Below, in pieces: positions 62,027 to 64,000 of a stretch of DNA of 64,000 nt. Location: NCBI GenBank assembly GCA_013265495.1, contig MU057724.1, positions 1,751,102 through 1,815,101 of the forward strand. Direction: 5' to 3'. Numbering within the stretch: the first letter of the stretch is position 1; every line of letters begins with the position of its first letter. The position numbers were made by a program, and so were the translations under genes. The notes below the pieces were generated by a model, which saw only the letters and a program-made list of their open reading frames with translations, was not told the origin of the DNA and did not search any database. Origin of the DNA: Vicugna vicugna (Eukaryota).

Positions 62027-64000
62027 CTGCAGTGGAGGGGACAGAGGAAGAACGTGGTGAAAGGGTTCACTGCTGCCTGCCCTTGACCATCACCAAGTGC
62101 AACCCAGACACCTGGGACCCAGGGCTTGGGGTCAGCGGTCGGCACGAACAACAACAGCCCGTCCATGGAATGCACTGAACTGTGCAGACTCCATGTTACT
62201 GCCTATCAGAAGAGTTTGAAAAAATCATCCTTAGTCCTGAGTGAGCATATGTTAATCTGTGCTTTGCTTGGCACTGCGCTCAATACCAGGGAGGGATGAA
62301 ACAAGATTCGCACTGGTTTGCTAATCCTGAGAAGGACCTAATGTGAAAATACACCAGCAGATACGAGAAACGTGTCCAGCGCGGGTAAATCACAAGGTCT
62401 TCCCACGGCGGCCTGCTGCGGGAACCGCTTATCTCTGCCGCAGTTGCACATCCAACTTGAGATGCCACATCCTGGGCTTTGACTTGAAAGATGGGGGCAT
62501 TAGGGGAGGGGACAAGCTGTGAACATTTGATCAGCTCATCCCCACCCCTGGAAAAAAGTGGCAAGATGCGGGTGGCATGCTGCCTTTGATTTTCCCTCCA
62601 TTTGGCACGCAGAACAAACAAATAAAAGGAGGGGAAATAAGATTGGATTTCACAAAAACGGACAACAGTTTATCCTTCCTCCTGTTCTCATACAGTTTTG
62701 TTTTTTTTTTTGGACGTGCTCCTGAGGTGGCCCTTTCAAAATAGATTTCCCACGTTCAGCTCACTTGGAATTAATGCAGATCACTCCACGTGTTGAAGTT
62801 AAGACAAACATTCTCTTGGCAAGATCCGGGAAGACCAGAGGGTTTAGACAACAGTGAGTCTATGACATATACTATTAAATGCTCTTTGAAGAAAAATGCA
62901 AGAGCTTGAGATGAACAATTCCAGAGGAGAGAACCCTGGACTCAGAGTAATGAGACAGTGCTCACTACATCTCTAAAAGATGATCGACGCGTCAGTGACA
63001 TTCCTCGGATGAGGCCTTAAATCGTTCTCTTGGAAACATCGATGCAAAGAGACACCCATGGTGGCCTGTTCATGAAAATTATTTGATTATCATCATCGTG
63101 CATAAATTCTTGAAGTTAGAAGAGGAGATGTTAAAATTTCAGAAGAAAAAAGTGGTATTCCTTCCAGGGGAAAAAGGATTCTGGAGAGAGATAATTCAAG
63201 AGGGTTAGAAATCTCTCACAAAAGACTAAACTGAGAATTGCAAATGATCTTGATGAGAAGCAGGACAGTGAGTCTCCTAAATTAACTAAGATGCTTTTGC
63301 AAAGTTTCCCTGAGGAGCCCAAATGTATAGTGACTGCGTACAGAAGACGGAGCAAACGAGAATCTAACGAGAGGACCACGAGAGCAAACACGTGCCTCTG
63401 TGAGGAGACCGGGGGCAGACCCACACCGTCGGAGCCTGCGGCCTGTCAAGGAGAACCGTCTACAACGCAAGGCTACAATGTCACAGCAGCAAGTCCAGGG
63501 GAGCAGGGCGCCCCTTCCTCCACCATGAAACAACACCTTCTCCATCACGGAGGCTGACCTTGAAGGCAGGAGGGACAAAGTTCCCGGGTATGCGAAGCGA
63601 GTTCAAGAAGTTCCCTAAACCAAAGTTTCCTACATCAAGTCAACTTCCATCAAAGATGCTTAGAAAATACACAAATAAGACCGCTCAACCGTTATCTGGA
63701 ACCAAGATGGACAGAAAATGAGGAGGCTCTTGGCAAATGTTATTCAGGTAGTAAAGCAGGAAAAGAAAGTGGATTCTAAAAACCAGTTTAAGTGCCACAC
63801 TGGTATGAGGAAGAAGCCAAGAAGGGCTATTAAAATAAAGGTTTGTCAGTGCCAGGAGCACTGACCAGAGAGGCGTGGGCTGGCGGGGGGATCAGCAAAG
63901 CAAGGGTCAGCCAGACGAATGTCGTTTGCCCTTCCGATGGCTGGGGTGACGAGTGGGCTGGCTCTCTACTACCAGCAAGAGCCTTACAGATTTCGTCCCG

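Noticed and set aside
62027..62175. ORF extension MHSMDGLLLFV... upstream of the first ST18 exon, superficially like human 'PMDSL'
   Set aside because: No matching donor site or further similarity. It is intronic read-through across the polypyrimidine tract; the true upstream exons lie outside the window.
63050..63070. HPWWP peptide suggesting a PWWP domain
   Set aside because: Lacks the preceding GDLVWAK-type strand and the downstream aromatic cage; most likely chance.

Overview
Mammalian (eukaryotic) genomic DNA, almost certainly a camelid, judging by several tRNA-Ala-derived Vic-1-type SINEs. The window is dominated by ST18 (MYT3/NZF3, a MYT1-family C2HC zinc-finger transcription factor) on the minus strand. 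I resolved 18 consecutive coding exons (62026 down to the TAG at 8111-8113), all with GT-AG boundaries and compatible phases. Together they give 3064 nt, about 1020 aa: an acidic N-terminal region, six CCHHC fingers, the MYT1 domain and a C-terminal coiled coil. The start codon and first ~29 codons lie upstream of the window. A ~2.25 kb 3' UTR has two candidate poly(A) signals. Introns contain L1 3' fragments (two with target-site duplications), a solo ERV1-type LTR with a 4-bp TSD, Vic-1 SINEs, MIR/L2/MER5 fossils and several CpG-dense GC peaks. There is a 308-N assembly gap with a 244-bp tandem duplication near it. No prokaryotic-type system (CRISPR etc.) is present, and most ORFs in the supplied track are spurious. 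The most interesting signals are: strong AT-to-GC substitution bias (gBGC-like) that reaches into the protein, including apparent loss of a family-conserved Trp; the modular phase-2 zinc-finger exon cassette; inverted retroposon pairs; and a promoter-like intragenic CpG island. Comparisons with human ST18 and repeat consensuses are from memory and need database confirmation.
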